From the human T2T-CHM13v2.0 reference genome, Homo sapiens: a DNA stretch of 64,000 bases. A program made the position numbers and the translations under genes. The stretch lies in the NCBI RefSeq assembly GCF_009914755.1, contig NC_060940.1. The stretch is one strand, 5' to 3'. This document shows positions 1 to 15,630 of this stretch, in pieces. The notes beneath the pieces were generated by a model. It saw only the letters and a program-made list of their open reading frames with translations, did not search any database and had not been told where the DNA came from. Every line of letters begins with the position of its first letter. The first letter of the stretch is position 1.

Positions 1-1975
1 TGCTCCAATTGCTTTATTTGCTCATCAGTTGATAGATATTTGGGCAGCTTCCATTTTGAAGCTACCCTGAGTATGCTTTTACAAACACTCCTACATACGT
101 TTTTGTGTGGACCTGGGTTGTCAGTTCTCTTGGGTATAAATCCCTAAAATTGAAATTGCTGGGACATATGATAATTTCATGTCTAACATTTTGAGAAACT
201 GCCACTCTGCTTTCCAAAGCAACTGCACTATTTTACTATTCCCACGAGGCAAGCAGTATACAAGGGTCCTAATTTCCCCACATCTCTGCCAAAATTTATT
301 ATTATCATTATAAATATATTATTTTAATATTGTTTATATATTATATATTATTTACGTATAAATTATATATTATATAATAGCTATCCTTCTGAGTGTGAAG
401 TAATAGCTCATTGTGGTTTTGAATTGCATTTCACGAATATTGAGCATTTTTTTCATGTCCTTATTGACTTTTTGTATATTTTCTTTGAAAAAAATGTCCA
501 TTGAAAATTTCCCCACAAATTAAAATTAAAAATACACCATTTTTGGTGGTGTATTTGTCTTTTTATTGTTGAATTATAAGAATTATTTATATATTCTGGG
601 TACTAGAATCTTATCAGATACATGCTTTGCAAATATTTTCTTCCATTCTGTGGGTCATTTTTTTCACTTTCTTGTGTCCTTTGTGAAGGACAGTTTTTAG
701 TTCTGATGAGGTTATATTTATCTATTTTTTTCTTCTGTAGCTTGTGGTTTAAGTGTCTTAGCTCAGAAACCATTGCCTAATTCAAGGCCACAAATATTTA
801 TAACAATGTTTCTTCTAAGAGTTTATAGTTTTAACTCTCAATTTAGGTCTTTGACCAATTTTGAGTTAATTTTTACATATGATGTGGAGTAAGGGTTTGA
901 CTTCATTCTTTTGCATATGGATATTCAGTTGTTGAAAATACTATTTTTCCCCATTAAATGGTTTTGTCAGCCAGGTGCGGTGGCTCGCGCTTGTGATCTC
1001 AGCACTTTGGGAGGCCGAGGCGGGTGGATTATGTGAGCTGGGGACTTTGAGACCAGCCTGGGCAACATGGCGAAACCCTGTCTCTATTAAAAATGCAAAA
1101 GTTAGCAGGGTATGGTGACATGCACCCATAATTCCAGCTACTCAGGAAGCTGAAGCAGGAGGATCACTTGAACCTAGGAGATAGAAGTTGCAGTGAACCA
1201 GAATGGCAGCTCCAGTGCACTGCAGCCCGGACGACAGAACAAGACTCTGTCTCAGAAAAAAAAGGTTTTGTCATTGTCGTTGAAAATCAATTGGCCATAA
1301 ATGTGGGAGTTTACTTCTAGGTGCTCTGTTATATTCCATTGATCTATATGTCTATTCTTATGCTACTACCACCCAATCTTGATTACTATAGCATTGTAGT
1401 AAGTTTTGAAATGGGAAATGTGAGTCCACCAACTTTGTTCTTTTTCAAGATGGTTTTTACTGGCCCCAAGGTACTTACATTTCTGTATAAGTTTTAGAAT
1501 CAGCTGACCAATTTCTACTAAAAAAAAGTCCAGAATCTTAATAAGACTTGAATTGATGATATAAGTAACTTTAAGGATTACTATCATTCAAACATCACTA
1601 AGTCTTCCAGTCCATGAACACAGGACGTCTTTCCATTCAAGACATGTTTAATTTTCTTTAACCATCATTTATAGTTTCGGAGGGTAAGACTCTTATACTT
1701 TTTTTGTTCATATATTCCTAAGTATTATATTCTTTTTGATGCTATGGTCAATGAGATGTTTATCTTAAATTTCAGATTTTGCATTACTGGTGTATCAAAA
1801 TATAACTGATTATTCATATTGTATCCCACAAACTTGCTGAGCTTATTTATTAGCTCTAACAGGTTTTGGTATTTTTAGGTGTGGATTCCTTATTATTTTC
1901 TTTATAGAAAATCATGTCATCTGCATATAGGGATAGTTTTTCTTCTTTCTTTCCAATCTGGATACCTTTTAAAAA
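1..1975 (-). mobile_element. Old L1 (L1M-type) fragment, antisense, interrupted by an Alu at 969-1263
   Basis: T-rich antisense L1 phrases, e.g. gaaattgctgggacatatgataatt, ttgagttaatttttacatatgatgtggag, tgtcatctgcatatagggatagtttt; no intact ORF. Confidence 0.85.
969..1263 (+). mobile_element. Alu (AluJ-like)
   Basis: Full dimer with A tail; TSD ggttttgtca on both sides. Confidence 0.95.
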
Positions 1976-2068
1976 TAATTAATTACCTACACCTTATTTT
2001 CTTCAAATAATTTGTAGAATTTATCACAATTACCCCTTTACACATGCTTGTGTGATTAACTAATTTAG

Positions 2069-2396
<328 letters not shown>

Positions 2397-3269
2397 TAGA
2401 CTTTAAATTCTACAAAGATAGTGAGGGTGCTAACTTTGACACTACCATAATCCCAAAGCCAACTAAGTGCTTGTACATACTATGTGTTCCGTAAGTAGTG
2501 TTTGAATGGGATCATTGAACGGGAGAAGAAAAGAAGGATTTTAATCTGGGAAAAAGCACAGCTAGATTTAGACTTTGGAAAGGTCATTACTCTGGCCTAA
2601 GGCAGGGTACCTGTAAGGAGACTGTTGGGATTATTGGGATGGGACATAGTGAGGAAACACCCCCAGAGCAAAATGTGGAGAGGAGGGAAAGAATTCAAAC
2701 GACATTCCCAGACATGGCCAAAGAGAAGATGTAAGAGGTGAGAGAGAGACCGGGGGTATAATAATGACTCCCAGGTTTCCAGATTGTGTGAACCTTGGTG
2801 CCATTCACAGGGAAGAGAATCCATGTAGAAAACTGGGTCAAGAAGAGGGAAAATGTGTCTAGGATGCCTTACTACTCCCACATGGCTGGTGTGGTCCCTA
2901 AGGTCTGGTCATCCTGGCACACAGACATGCACACAAGGAAGGTTCAGTTCTTTTGGTGCTGGAGCTCCTCAGTTTTAACCAACAGCCTTCTCAGAACGGC
3001 CTCTCCTCGGGGACATCTCTGGATCCTCAGTAGTCATTGACACAGGGAGAGTTTAACTCCTCTCTCAGAGCTGCTGCTGCCAGGCATACTCTGAATGCCC
3101 AGGGGCCCAGGATTTCTCACTAATGTTGTTTTTCCTCCTTTCATAAGGACTTGGGTTTTACCTAAAACCCAAGGACTCCCTCCAAGCTCAAAGCTACTTC
3201 CTTTGACACAATCAGAATATAGGGTAACACTTAGCACCTCACTGGTAGGCATTAGAGGCGCTGTACAAG

Positions 3270-3641
3270 TATTCTTGCTCTCTTCTCACTTTGCACACTT
3301 GGTAGGCTTGTACTTCATGTATTTGAAATTGTGAATGGTTATGTGAGTCCATTTGGCTAATGGCATGGGTCCCTTCCGGACAGAAGCTTTAAAGGCAGAT
3401 GTGTGGCTTGTGCTGTGCCCCTTCCTCCCACCTCTGACAGTGAGGAGCAGAGAAATGGAGTCTTTTTCAACTCAGCCTTTGCTCCTCATTGACCACAATA
3501 AGTTGAGCCGTCCTCACACCCATCTCCATCAAATGTGAACACTTAATGTGACTGAGAAATAACTCACTTTGTTGTTTCAGCCCACTAAGATTTTTGGGCT
3601 TGTTTGTTACTGTGGCATCATGTAGACTCTCCTGACTGATA
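3270..3641 (+). mobile_element. MaLR LTR (MLT1 family) remnant
   Basis: MLT1 3' end ttgtttgttactgtggcatcatgtagactctcctgactgatac; 5' boundary approximate. Confidence 0.65.
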
Positions 3642-3644
3642 CCT

Positions 3645-5433
3645 CTAGGACTTTCCACCTAGGACTTTCACAGCTAGAGAGAAGTGAGAGTCCGGCTTCA
3701 AGCTTCAAAAAAGAGGCTGACTCTCTTGTTAGGGACTAATGCAGCTGATGACTTTAGGTTAAAGTAAATGTTTATTTGCCATTCTGAAAATCCTAGGGCT
3801 CTTAAGAAATAAGCTGAATCTACTCTGCCTGTGCTCTGTAAATGAAACAAGAAAGCCTGACTCTGCCTGTGCTCTATAAATGAAACAAGAAAGCCTGGAT
3901 GACAGCACATCTGTTTATAGCATGGTCTGCTGAATTTTTAAAGCCCACTGTTGAGATCTACTACTCAGAAAAAAAGATTCCTTTCAAAATATTACTGCTC
4001 ATTAAAAATGCACCCAATCACCCAAGAGTTCTGGTGGATATGTACAAGGCAATTAACACTGTTTTCAGGCCTGCTAATGCAATATGCATTTTCCAGTCCA
4101 TGGCTCAAGGAGTAATTTTGACTTCCAAGTCTTATTATTTAAGAAATACGTTTTGTAAGGCCATGGTTGCCATAGATATTGTCCTCTGATGGATCTGAGC
4201 AAAGTAAAATTGAAAACCTTTTGGAAAAATTCACCATTCTAGATGCCATTAAGAATGTTTATGATTCATGGGAGAAGGTCAAGATTTCAATATTTAGCAG
4301 GAGTTTGGAAGAAGTTGAGGCCGACTGTCACGGATAAGTTAGAGGGACCAAGAGTTCACTGGAGGATGTAACTGCAGATGTGGTGGAAACAGCAAGAGAA
4401 CTAGAATTAGAAGGGGAGCCTGAAGATGTGACTGAAATGCTGCAATCTCATGATCAAACTTTAATGAATGAGGACTTGTTTTTTATGGGTGAGCAAGTAA
4501 AGTGGTTTCTTAAGCTAGAATCTACTCCTGGGAAAGATGCTGCGAACATTGTTGTAATGACAACAAAGGATCTAGAATATTACATAACTTAATTGATAAA
4601 GCAGTGGTAGGGTTGGAAAGGACTGACAAATTTTGAAAGAAGTTCTACTGGCTGGGCGCCGTGGCTCATGCCTGTAACCCTGGCACTTTGGGAGGCCTAG
4701 GCTGGTGGATCACTTGAGGCCAGGAGTTTGAGACCAGCCTGGCCAACCTGGTGAAACCCTGTCTCTACTAAAAATACAAAACTTATCCAGCCATTGTGAT
4801 GCAAGCCTGTAATCCCAGCTACTTGGGTGGCTGAGGCATGAGAATCTCTTGAACCCAGGACAGAGAGGTTGCAGTGAGCCAAGATTGTGCTACTACTCTC
4901 CAACCTGGGTGACCAAGCGAGACTGGGTTTCAAGAACAAAAAATCCACCTAACAAACAAACAAACAACAAAAAAGAAAGAAGTTCTACCTTGGGTGAAAT
5001 GCTATCAAACAGCATCACATGCTGCAGAGAAATCTTCAATGAAAGAAAGAGTCCATCGGTGTGGCAAACTTCATTGCTGTCTTATTGTACGAAATTGTCA
5101 CAGCCACCCCCATGTTTAGCCCAGTGCTCCCCTGATCAGTCAACTCCCCTTGCCATCCCCATCGAGGCAAGACCCTCCACCAGCAAAAAGATGACAATTT
5201 GCTGAAGGCTCAGATGATCATTAGCATTTTTAGCAAAAGTATTTTAAATTAAGGTATGTGTATTTTTTTAGACATAATGCTGTTGCATACTTCATAGTCC
5301 ACAGAATAGTTTCACTGTAACTTTTATATGCACTAGGAAACCAAAAAAAAATCTGTGTGACTCACTTTATTATGATATTTTATTTATTGCAGTGGTCTGG
5401 AATTGAAATTGTAACATCTTCAAGGTGTGCCTG
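3645..5433 (+). mobile_element. Tigger1 DNA transposon, 5'-truncated, decayed transposase, interrupted by an Alu
   Basis: ORF remnants 3899-4189 ([30 protein letters not shown]) and 4380-4592 (VETARELELE.EPEDVTE.LQSHD) match the Tigger1 transposase; right end agtggtctggaa...caaggtgtgcctg followed by TA. Confidence 0.93.
4650..4974 (+). mobile_element. Alu inserted in Tigger1
   Basis: Full dimer; TSD gaaagaagttctac at 4635-4648 and 4975-4988. Confidence 0.95.
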
Positions 5434-5439
5434 TATATA

Positions 5440-5497
<58 letters not shown>

Positions 5498-5516
5498 CAC
5501 ACACATATATATATAC
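5434..5516. repeat. (TA)n/(TG)n/(CA)n compound microsatellite
   Basis: Pure TA run of about 21 units starting near 5448, directly after the Tigger1 end. Confidence 0.95.
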
Positions 5517-5578
5517 GCACATTTATATCTCCTAGAATATTCTCTGATGCATAGTAGGTACACATCATACAGTAGTAG

Positions 5579-5897
<319 letters not shown>

Positions 5898-7036
5898 TGG
5901 TGCCTTCTTTTCCTATATGCTGCTGCCTCACTGAACTCTTCTCATATAAAGAATGCCTTCCAAGAAAGCTCATCTATCTCTGTATTCATGTGGTTTCCCA
6001 GTTACTTCTTCCTTTTTCAGTTGTGAATCATAGCATGTTTCCAGGCATGCTTTATCTCCTATTTCCTGCATAAATAATCATCCCAGATCCAAGGGGCAAT
6101 GTATATGCAATGGTCCCAGGGCTGGCACAGCACTTAGCTCAGCTTTCAGTATGCAGTGTGATGAAAAGGGGTGTCAAGTTGGGAGAGAAACCTCATGTAA
6201 CATAGTTCAGGCCACTTACATTCCTCTGAAGAGAGAGAAAGGATGCATTTGGGCTGCAATTCTGCACCTTATAAATAGACATATATAGCTCTGCATACAT
6301 TTTTAATATGGGCTTTATTGCTAGCTTTATTGAATCCACGATGGGGCTTCTCTCGGGAAGCCACAGAACATAGGAAGATTGCACAGACGCCGGCATTAAC
6401 CAGGACCACGATAGACCAAGCAAATAAGGCTGTGCAAACAGCAGTATTCATGGGAGCTGCATCCTACAATTCAAATAACATAATAACAAATAATGTGCTC
6501 AAGCAAGCCCCACAGCTGCTATTTAAAGTATTTTATGCATTTCTTATCCATGTTGTTCATGCTAGCACAAAAGTAGGCAGGGAAAATGTATTTTAAAGAA
6601 GTATCTTAATACTGCCTACAGAGCCCTACATAAAGGGCCCTGCTTTCCTCGGCAACCTCACCTTGCACCCGGCCTCTCCCTTCGCTAACTCTGCATCAGA
6701 CAAACTGCACAACCCTTGAACAGTCAAAATTATTTCCTATCTCCATTCCTTTACTCTGGCAATTTTCTCTGCCCAGAGTCAGTGTTCTCTCTCACACACA
6801 TACACACACACACACACAGGTGTTCACACACCTTCCTATGTCACTGGATCTCTCATACCCTTCTGGTCTCAGGTCAAGTCCAATCTGTTCTGAGAGCCTT
6901 TCTTTCGTTACCAAGTCAAAAGCAGAAACTCCTGTTCATTTCCATCGTTTACCCTGTTTACTAGAAGCATTTATTTTTGGATGTCATTTTCTTATCTATC
7001 TTTTCATATCTTTATTATCTGTGTCTCCTTCTAGAA

Positions 7037-7816
<780 letters not shown>

Positions 7817-8430
7817 CAGAATAAATCCCACAACACAACCATCAATGACCAACAGGCTCCTTCATCTTCTTTGTCCACTGTGAATCTCTCCTTGATGTAA
7901 ACTTCATGAAGGGCAGGGCTCTGCCTGTTTATGGCTGAGACTGGGAATGGCACTTAGTAGATCCTCAATAAGCATGATTAAACTGAAGAGAACTAAAATC
8001 TTTTCCAGAAGTATCAGGGGGTCTGTGTGGTCCATGGTGGCTCTAGCAGTGTTTTTCCCATTGTATTTCTTTTATACTCTATCTGGGAGAGAATGGAGTT
8101 TCCAAGAGTGAGGCTTTTCCCCTGCTTCCTCTGACTAGAAAATTACCCCTTTGTAAAACTGGGCCAGGGAAGCCCCCATCCTTTATTGATGAAAATGATT
8201 CTTGGAATATAAGTTGCCCCCTGCATGCAGAATTTAGGGAGTGAACAGATAGTTGGGGTTAAGGTTGTTATTATTTGAAAATGTCCAATAAGAGCATCCA
8301 CTCCCCTTGCCTCCCCTGATAAACATTTATAAACTATTATAAACCAATCACCATTGAGAGGTTCCCCTTAGCCAGATCCTGGTTTAACAGAGAGCATGTA
8401 ACCCAACTGTGGTCAGTAAGACATTCAGAA

Positions 8431-8742
<312 letters not shown>

Positions 8743-8835
8743 ACATGCAGAAAAATCAGCTTAAGGGGGTGATGGTGTCCGGTAACTACCTCCCAGAAAA
8801 ATAAGAAAAACCACACATGTGAAAAATATTCTGCA

Positions 8836-9030
8836 ACACACACTGGGGCCTGTTGGAGGTTGGGAGGGGGAGGAGGGAGAGCATCAGGAAGAATAGCTAA
8901 TAGATGCTGGGCTTCATACCTGGGTGATGGGAAGATCTGTGTGGCAAACCACCATCATACACATTTACCTATGTAACAAACTTGCACATCCTGCACAGGT
9001 GCCCTTGAACTTAAAATGAAAAAAATTAGA
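8836..9030 (+). mobile_element. 5'-truncated primate L1 3' end (older L1PA type), nested in an MLT1-like LTR
   Basis: cactggggcctgttggagg...gagcatcaggaagaatagctaa...tttacctatgtaacaaacttgcacatcctgcac...gaacttaaaat. Confidence 0.85.
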
Positions 9031-9583
9031 AGTTCTGTGGCACCCCTGAAGCCCCCTTGCTACCTCTTTGGGACGCTGTCATGGGAGGATATGATGCCTA
9101 GACAGAGACACCCACCTTGTGACTGTGAAGGGAAACCTCACCAGCACAGAAAGTGCAACATGGAAAACGTGGAAACGTCTGCATCTGAAATGACATTTCG
9201 GAGAGTCCAACCCAACCCAGGGACGACCTACGGCTGCACTTCCCTTTAAGTACACATGAGATGTTCTTTTTTTTAAAGCCACCATTAGTTAAGAAGTCTG
9301 TTATTTGTAGTCACGTGTATTCTAAGTGTTATGCACACTCTATGCCAGCCGTTGTGCTAATTTGGGGGAGTGGGAGATAAATAAAACAGAATATCCACCC
9401 TCAAACAGTTCCCTGGCTAATGGGAGTATAGAGAAGTAAATTCACAGCTGCAAAAAGATGGGGTCAAGGCCAGAACCAGAGCAGGTACAGGAAGTTTTTG
9501 GAAACTGGGGGAGAAACACACAAATTTTACTGGGGCGTCATAGAAGACAACCCCCAAAGAAACACAAATCTGGCCTTGAGATT

Positions 9584-9889
9584 TTTATTGTTGTTGTTAT
9601 TTTTTTTGAGACAGAGTCCTGCTCTGTCACCCAGGCTGGAGTGCAGTGGCACAACATCGGCTCATTGCAATCTCTGCTTCCCGAGTTCAAGTGATGCTCC
9701 TGCCTCAGCCTCCTGAGTAGCTGGGATTACAGGTGCCTGCCACCACACCCAGCTAATTTTTGTATTTTTAGCAGAGACGGGGTTTCACTGTATTGGCTAG
9801 GCTGGTCTGGAACTCCTGACCTCAAATGATCCGCCCTCTTCAGCCTCCCAAAGTGCTGGGATTACAGGCATGAGCCACCGCACCCAGCC
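9584..9889 (-). mobile_element. Alu (AluS)
   Basis: Antisense full dimer; imperfect TSD tggccttgaga / tggcattgagg. Confidence 0.95.
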
Positions 9890-10613
9890 TTGGCATTGAG
9901 GTTTTAAGATCAGTAGGAGTTAGCAATTAGAGGAAAGAGGAGGGTGCATTTCATTTAAAAGGGGAGCAATGAGAAGAGAGCCACAAAGTCTTAGGGAATG
10001 GAATGAGCCTCTATGTGTCCGGCATGAAGATGAAGGCTATTGGACTTCCAAGTGAGTGTGGGGGCCATTATGGTGCTTTTCATCCAGGGACAGAGTAATG
10101 GTCAAATCCTGCCACCCATCCTTCTCATGTCTTCATTTCCCAACAGCAATCTCTACACACAGCAGCCTCATTCCTTTTTCCATGGCTTAGCCAGCATGCC
10201 ATATTTGACCTTTGCATAGCTCCAGTGAGAGCTGAGTTGATGGGACAACAAACTTCATTCTCCTTTGAATCTATGGAATGTGGAAGTACAGAAGAGAACC
10301 TGCCCTAACTTACCTACCGGTGAAGAACAGGGAAAGGGGGGCAGAGGGAAGAGGAAGCGAGTGTGTGTTTCCATCGCCTGGGAGCAGTCATTGCCAGAGG
10401 TGGACCACACAGAGTCTCCAAAGGCTCAGGAGCTCCACTGACCAGTGCGCATGAACCTGAGCTCTGACTGAACCTATCAGCAACCCACCTCTTATGCGAA
10501 AGAGAAATATTTTAGGAGGGTACTGAGAGATACGGCAATGTTGGAGAAAGACAAAAATTTCCGCCCCCACCCCCATAAAAAAAAAAAAGTCAAAGACTGA
10601 AAGTAGAAAAACC

Positions 10614-10978
<365 letters not shown>

Positions 10979-11333
10979 TCACCAGGCTACCTGGGAAGCA
11001 ATTGGGATGTGATCGGGTGGCCACCACAGCCACCCGAGCCACGGAAGGAGTTTCAGCAAGTGGTAGGAATCTGAGGTGAGTCGTCAATAGGCCACTGGAG
11101 CATTAGTCCTGAGAACCGGCAGGTGAGGTAATGGCAGAGCCTTGCGGATGCACAGTTTGGAAGCAAAGCAGACAAGGACGATGCCCTCCCATCCGGGCCT
11201 TTCCTCTTCTGAACCAAACGGTGCTCTTGGATCTTGGATGGTTCTGTGTTCTGTAAGACATCGGCATCAGGGTCCCGGGAGACAGAACCTCTGTGACAAA
11301 TAATAACTGTGATGAATAGTGAGAGCTCTAGAT

Positions 11334-11557
11334 GAGGGTTGGCCATCTTTTTCTGTAAGGGGTCATGTACTAAATATTTTATATTCTGAGGGCCAAAGGG
11401 TCTCTTTAGCGACAGCTCCTGTATGCCATTACAGCACAAAAGTAGACATAGACAATGCATACATAGAGAGGTGTAGTTGTGTTCTAATAAAACTTTAGGG
11501 GTGGCAGCTAGATTTGACCCATGGGATAGGATGTAGCTGTTAGTTTGCAGACTTCTG
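11334..11557 (+). mobile_element. MER58A (hAT-Charlie)
   Basis: ttttctgtaagggg...taaatatttt...catagacaat...gtgttctaataaaacttta...tagtttgcagacttctg. Confidence 0.75.
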
Positions 11558-11574
11558 CTTTGGAAATGGTGCTG

Positions 11575-11745
11575 TTTGCACCTCTACCTACCTGTGTGCC
11601 CTTGGAAGAACTCCTTAACTCCCTGAGCTTCAGTGTCCTTTTCTGCAAATTGCACATAATACCTATGATGTAGTTCTGTGATGAGGAAGAAATGCAATAA
11701 CCCTTGTAAGATATTTAGCACAATGCTTCACATGGTGGTGTGCCA
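11575..11745 (+). mobile_element. MIR
   Basis: MIR core tgtgtgcccttggaagaactccttaactccctgagcttcagtgtccttttctgcaaa. Confidence 0.65.
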
Positions 11746-12950
11746 TGGAGTGAGTCGAGGTTTTGTTTTTCTGTTGCTGCTGCTGTTGATTGTCCTGGTC
11801 CTATCAGGTGTGATTGAAAATGGAGCCCAACCTAGAAGCCAGCAGTACTGGAGAGAAAAACATTCACCAGAGCGGAGTCCAAAAGGAAGATATTCTCTTT
11901 CCAGCTGTGTTTTTCTTTAGCTGTGGCTGAGGCTGTCTCTAATTCCTGAAGGACTTGGGCCATTTAAGTGGATGTGATTGGTATTAATTATTTAAAACAA
12001 TTATTTATTAATAAATAAGAACCTAAGAATGCCCTGCACTTGTTCAGTGCTTTATAGTTTTCTTTTATTTTTGCTTTATTCTTTTCAAAAGGCTTTTAAA
12101 CTGGGGCACAGAGTGTACCGGGAGGCATATGAAAATAGGGGAAGAAAGGCATCTTTCTAGATTATCAAGCATACTCAATTTGGGGGGGAAACCACATTAT
12201 TTTACGTTAAAGCAAACTGGAATATATTATGGTGCAGAATAGGAATATATTATGGTGCAGAATACAGAATATATGTGATTTTTTTTAAGATAAAGTATGA
12301 GACTTCAAAGATATTTCAAGTTTTAAGATTCACCACTTTGGGCTGTGCCCCAGACGGTTGAGAGATAAGGAACATGCTTATGTCTTTTCTGCACAGCCCC
12401 AGAAGGAATTTTTACAAATTCTGCAGATGAAGAAACTCTGCAGAGAAGTTGGTGGGCTTCCTCAAGGTCTACTGAGAACTCACTGGCAGAAAGAGTTTTT
12501 TTTGTTTTTTTTTTCATGTCTAAATAGTATTTATTTTATCTGATGTGTTTGAATAGTGTCTTCTGGATTTTAGAGATTTGCCTGGTTCTAGGGGTTTTTA
12601 TATGATACGTAGTTCAGGCCTGGATAACACAAAGTGAGGAAGGGAAAGGTACTAGTCAATTGGATCCTTGGATCTTTGATGAAACTGGATCAGGGTATCC
12701 CTTACATGAAGGCTGCATAGGGCCCCTCAATGCTCTTTTTTATTGTTGGTGGTCACTATTGTCACTCTTTTTTTTCTTTTTTGGGTCACTATTGTCACTC
12801 TTTGCTTCATCATCCTTGGTCCATACTGGTTTATTTACCTATCACATAATACTCAGCCAAGCAATTAAGGCACAAAACTGTTGTGACATGTGTGGGGGAA
12901 ATTTTGATAGACATACAATATACACAAAGGTAATCTGACACAAAGACTAA

Positions 12951-13703
<753 letters not shown>

Positions 13704-13860
13704 GAATGAGCTCTTAAACCTAGGATTCCTGGCTCCTATTTCCTCCCCATGCACACTGGTGAAGGAGACTCACAGTGAAGCAGGAGCCTGAGTAACACTA
13801 TGTTTCAGGCACTGTGCTAAGTACTGAGGGTATACAACGGGGATTAAGACTGGGTCCAGA

Positions 13861-14164
13861 GGCCAAGGACGGTGGCTCACATATGTAATCCCAGCACTTT
13901 GGGAGGCTGAGGAGGGCAGATCACTGGAGGTCAGGAGTTCAAGACCAGCCTAGCCGACATGGTGAAACTCCATCCCTACTAAAAAAATACCAAAATTATC
14001 CCTGCGTGGTGGTGCACCCTGTAGTCCCAGCTACTCAGGAGGATGAGGCAAGAGAATCACTCGAACCTGGGAGGCAGAGGTTGCAGTGAGCTGAGATCAT
14101 GCCACTGCACTCCAGTTTGGGTAATAGAGAGAGACTCAGTCTCCAAAGAAAAGAAAGAAAGAAA
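13861..14164 (+). mobile_element. Alu (AluS)
   Basis: Full dimer; TSD aagactgggtccaga / aagactggatccaaa. Confidence 0.95.
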
Positions 14165-14378
14165 AAGACTGGATCCAAAAAGATATAGAAACCCTCAAGT
14201 TCAACAGCTGGTTGGCCTGAAAAAGCACCTGGCACTGAGCCTGCTGCATCCCCAAGGAACCTTGAATCACACCTTTTATTGACACTCTTTTCCCCAGTTC
14301 CATCAGGATTCAGTCCATTCACCTTAGTTTTGGCCTCAGTTTCCTGACACGGCAACAAAAGTTTCCACTCAACCCTGA

Positions 14379-14898
<520 letters not shown>

Positions 14899-15009
14899 TG
14901 ACCCCTGTTGGAATCCTAGTTTTGCCTTTTTAATCCCCTTGGATTCTGTGGCATCCCTCTTTATTTTTTTTCCAAAGAGCCAGTCTCATCCACCTGTGTT
15001 TCTGCTACC

Positions 15010-15456
15010 GTACCTCCACCAGGCTGTGCAGTTGACACATACTGTGTCAAGACAGAGATTGTGCCTTATTTCCTCTGAAACCTTAGCACATAGCACAATG
15101 CCTGGCACATGGAGGCTGCTTTGTAGTGATCACAGAATCCATGGATGAAGACTTCTTGTTGGTTTTTCTGCACTGCAATGTCAATCATTGCCTGTTGCCT
15201 GATGATAGAGTTGGTTACTCACCTGCAGATTCAGAACCAAACCCCCACAAGATGTTAGAAATGAGGCTTTTATAAATTTCTAGCCTCATCCAAAATTGGC
15301 TTGGTTACTGAGATGAGACTAACACTGGGTATTTGGGGAATAGAAAGCAGGAAAGGGACTGCCTTTTCCTAAATCCATGTGAGAAGAAATTGGGGAAACA
15401 GTAATTCAAACACTGCAGTTATCATTGTACCTAAGTGGTGTGGATGGCACATTCTG
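15010..15456. repeat. Local dispersed duplication: inverted copy of 18034-18220 plus direct copy of 18413-19000 (without the Alu)
   Basis: Hand alignment of the inverted arm: 37 mismatches and two 1-nt gaps over 185 nt (about 80% identity); direct arm includes a 59-nt block with 3 mismatches. Confidence 0.9.
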
Positions 15457-15551
15457 CAGACGTAGTAGGCCTCAGGGTTTATATCAATGTCATAATAAGT
15501 CAGCTGCTAGGAATACAGGGAGTCCTGAGTCCAAATCCTGCCTGCCACTAA

Positions 15552-15630
15552 TTAGGTTGGTGCAGAAGTAATTGCGTTTTTTGCTTCTAAAAGTAACGAC
15601 AAAACTGCAATTACTCTTGCACCAACATAA
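15552..15630. mobile_element. MADE1 (Hsmar1-derived MITE), palindromic, inserted in a MIR
   Basis: ttaggttggtgcagaagtaattgcg ... tgcaattactcttgcaccaacataa. Confidence 0.9.

Noticed and set aside
3899-4592. TIGD1-like transposase ORFs as a gene
   Set aside because: Fragmented by stops and frameshifts, 5'-truncated and Alu-interrupted; a dead Tigger1 copy.
15226-15500. Duplication as a definite L1-mediated retrocopy
   Set aside because: The geometry fits twin-priming, but no poly(A) tail or TSD is visible, so the mechanism is left open.
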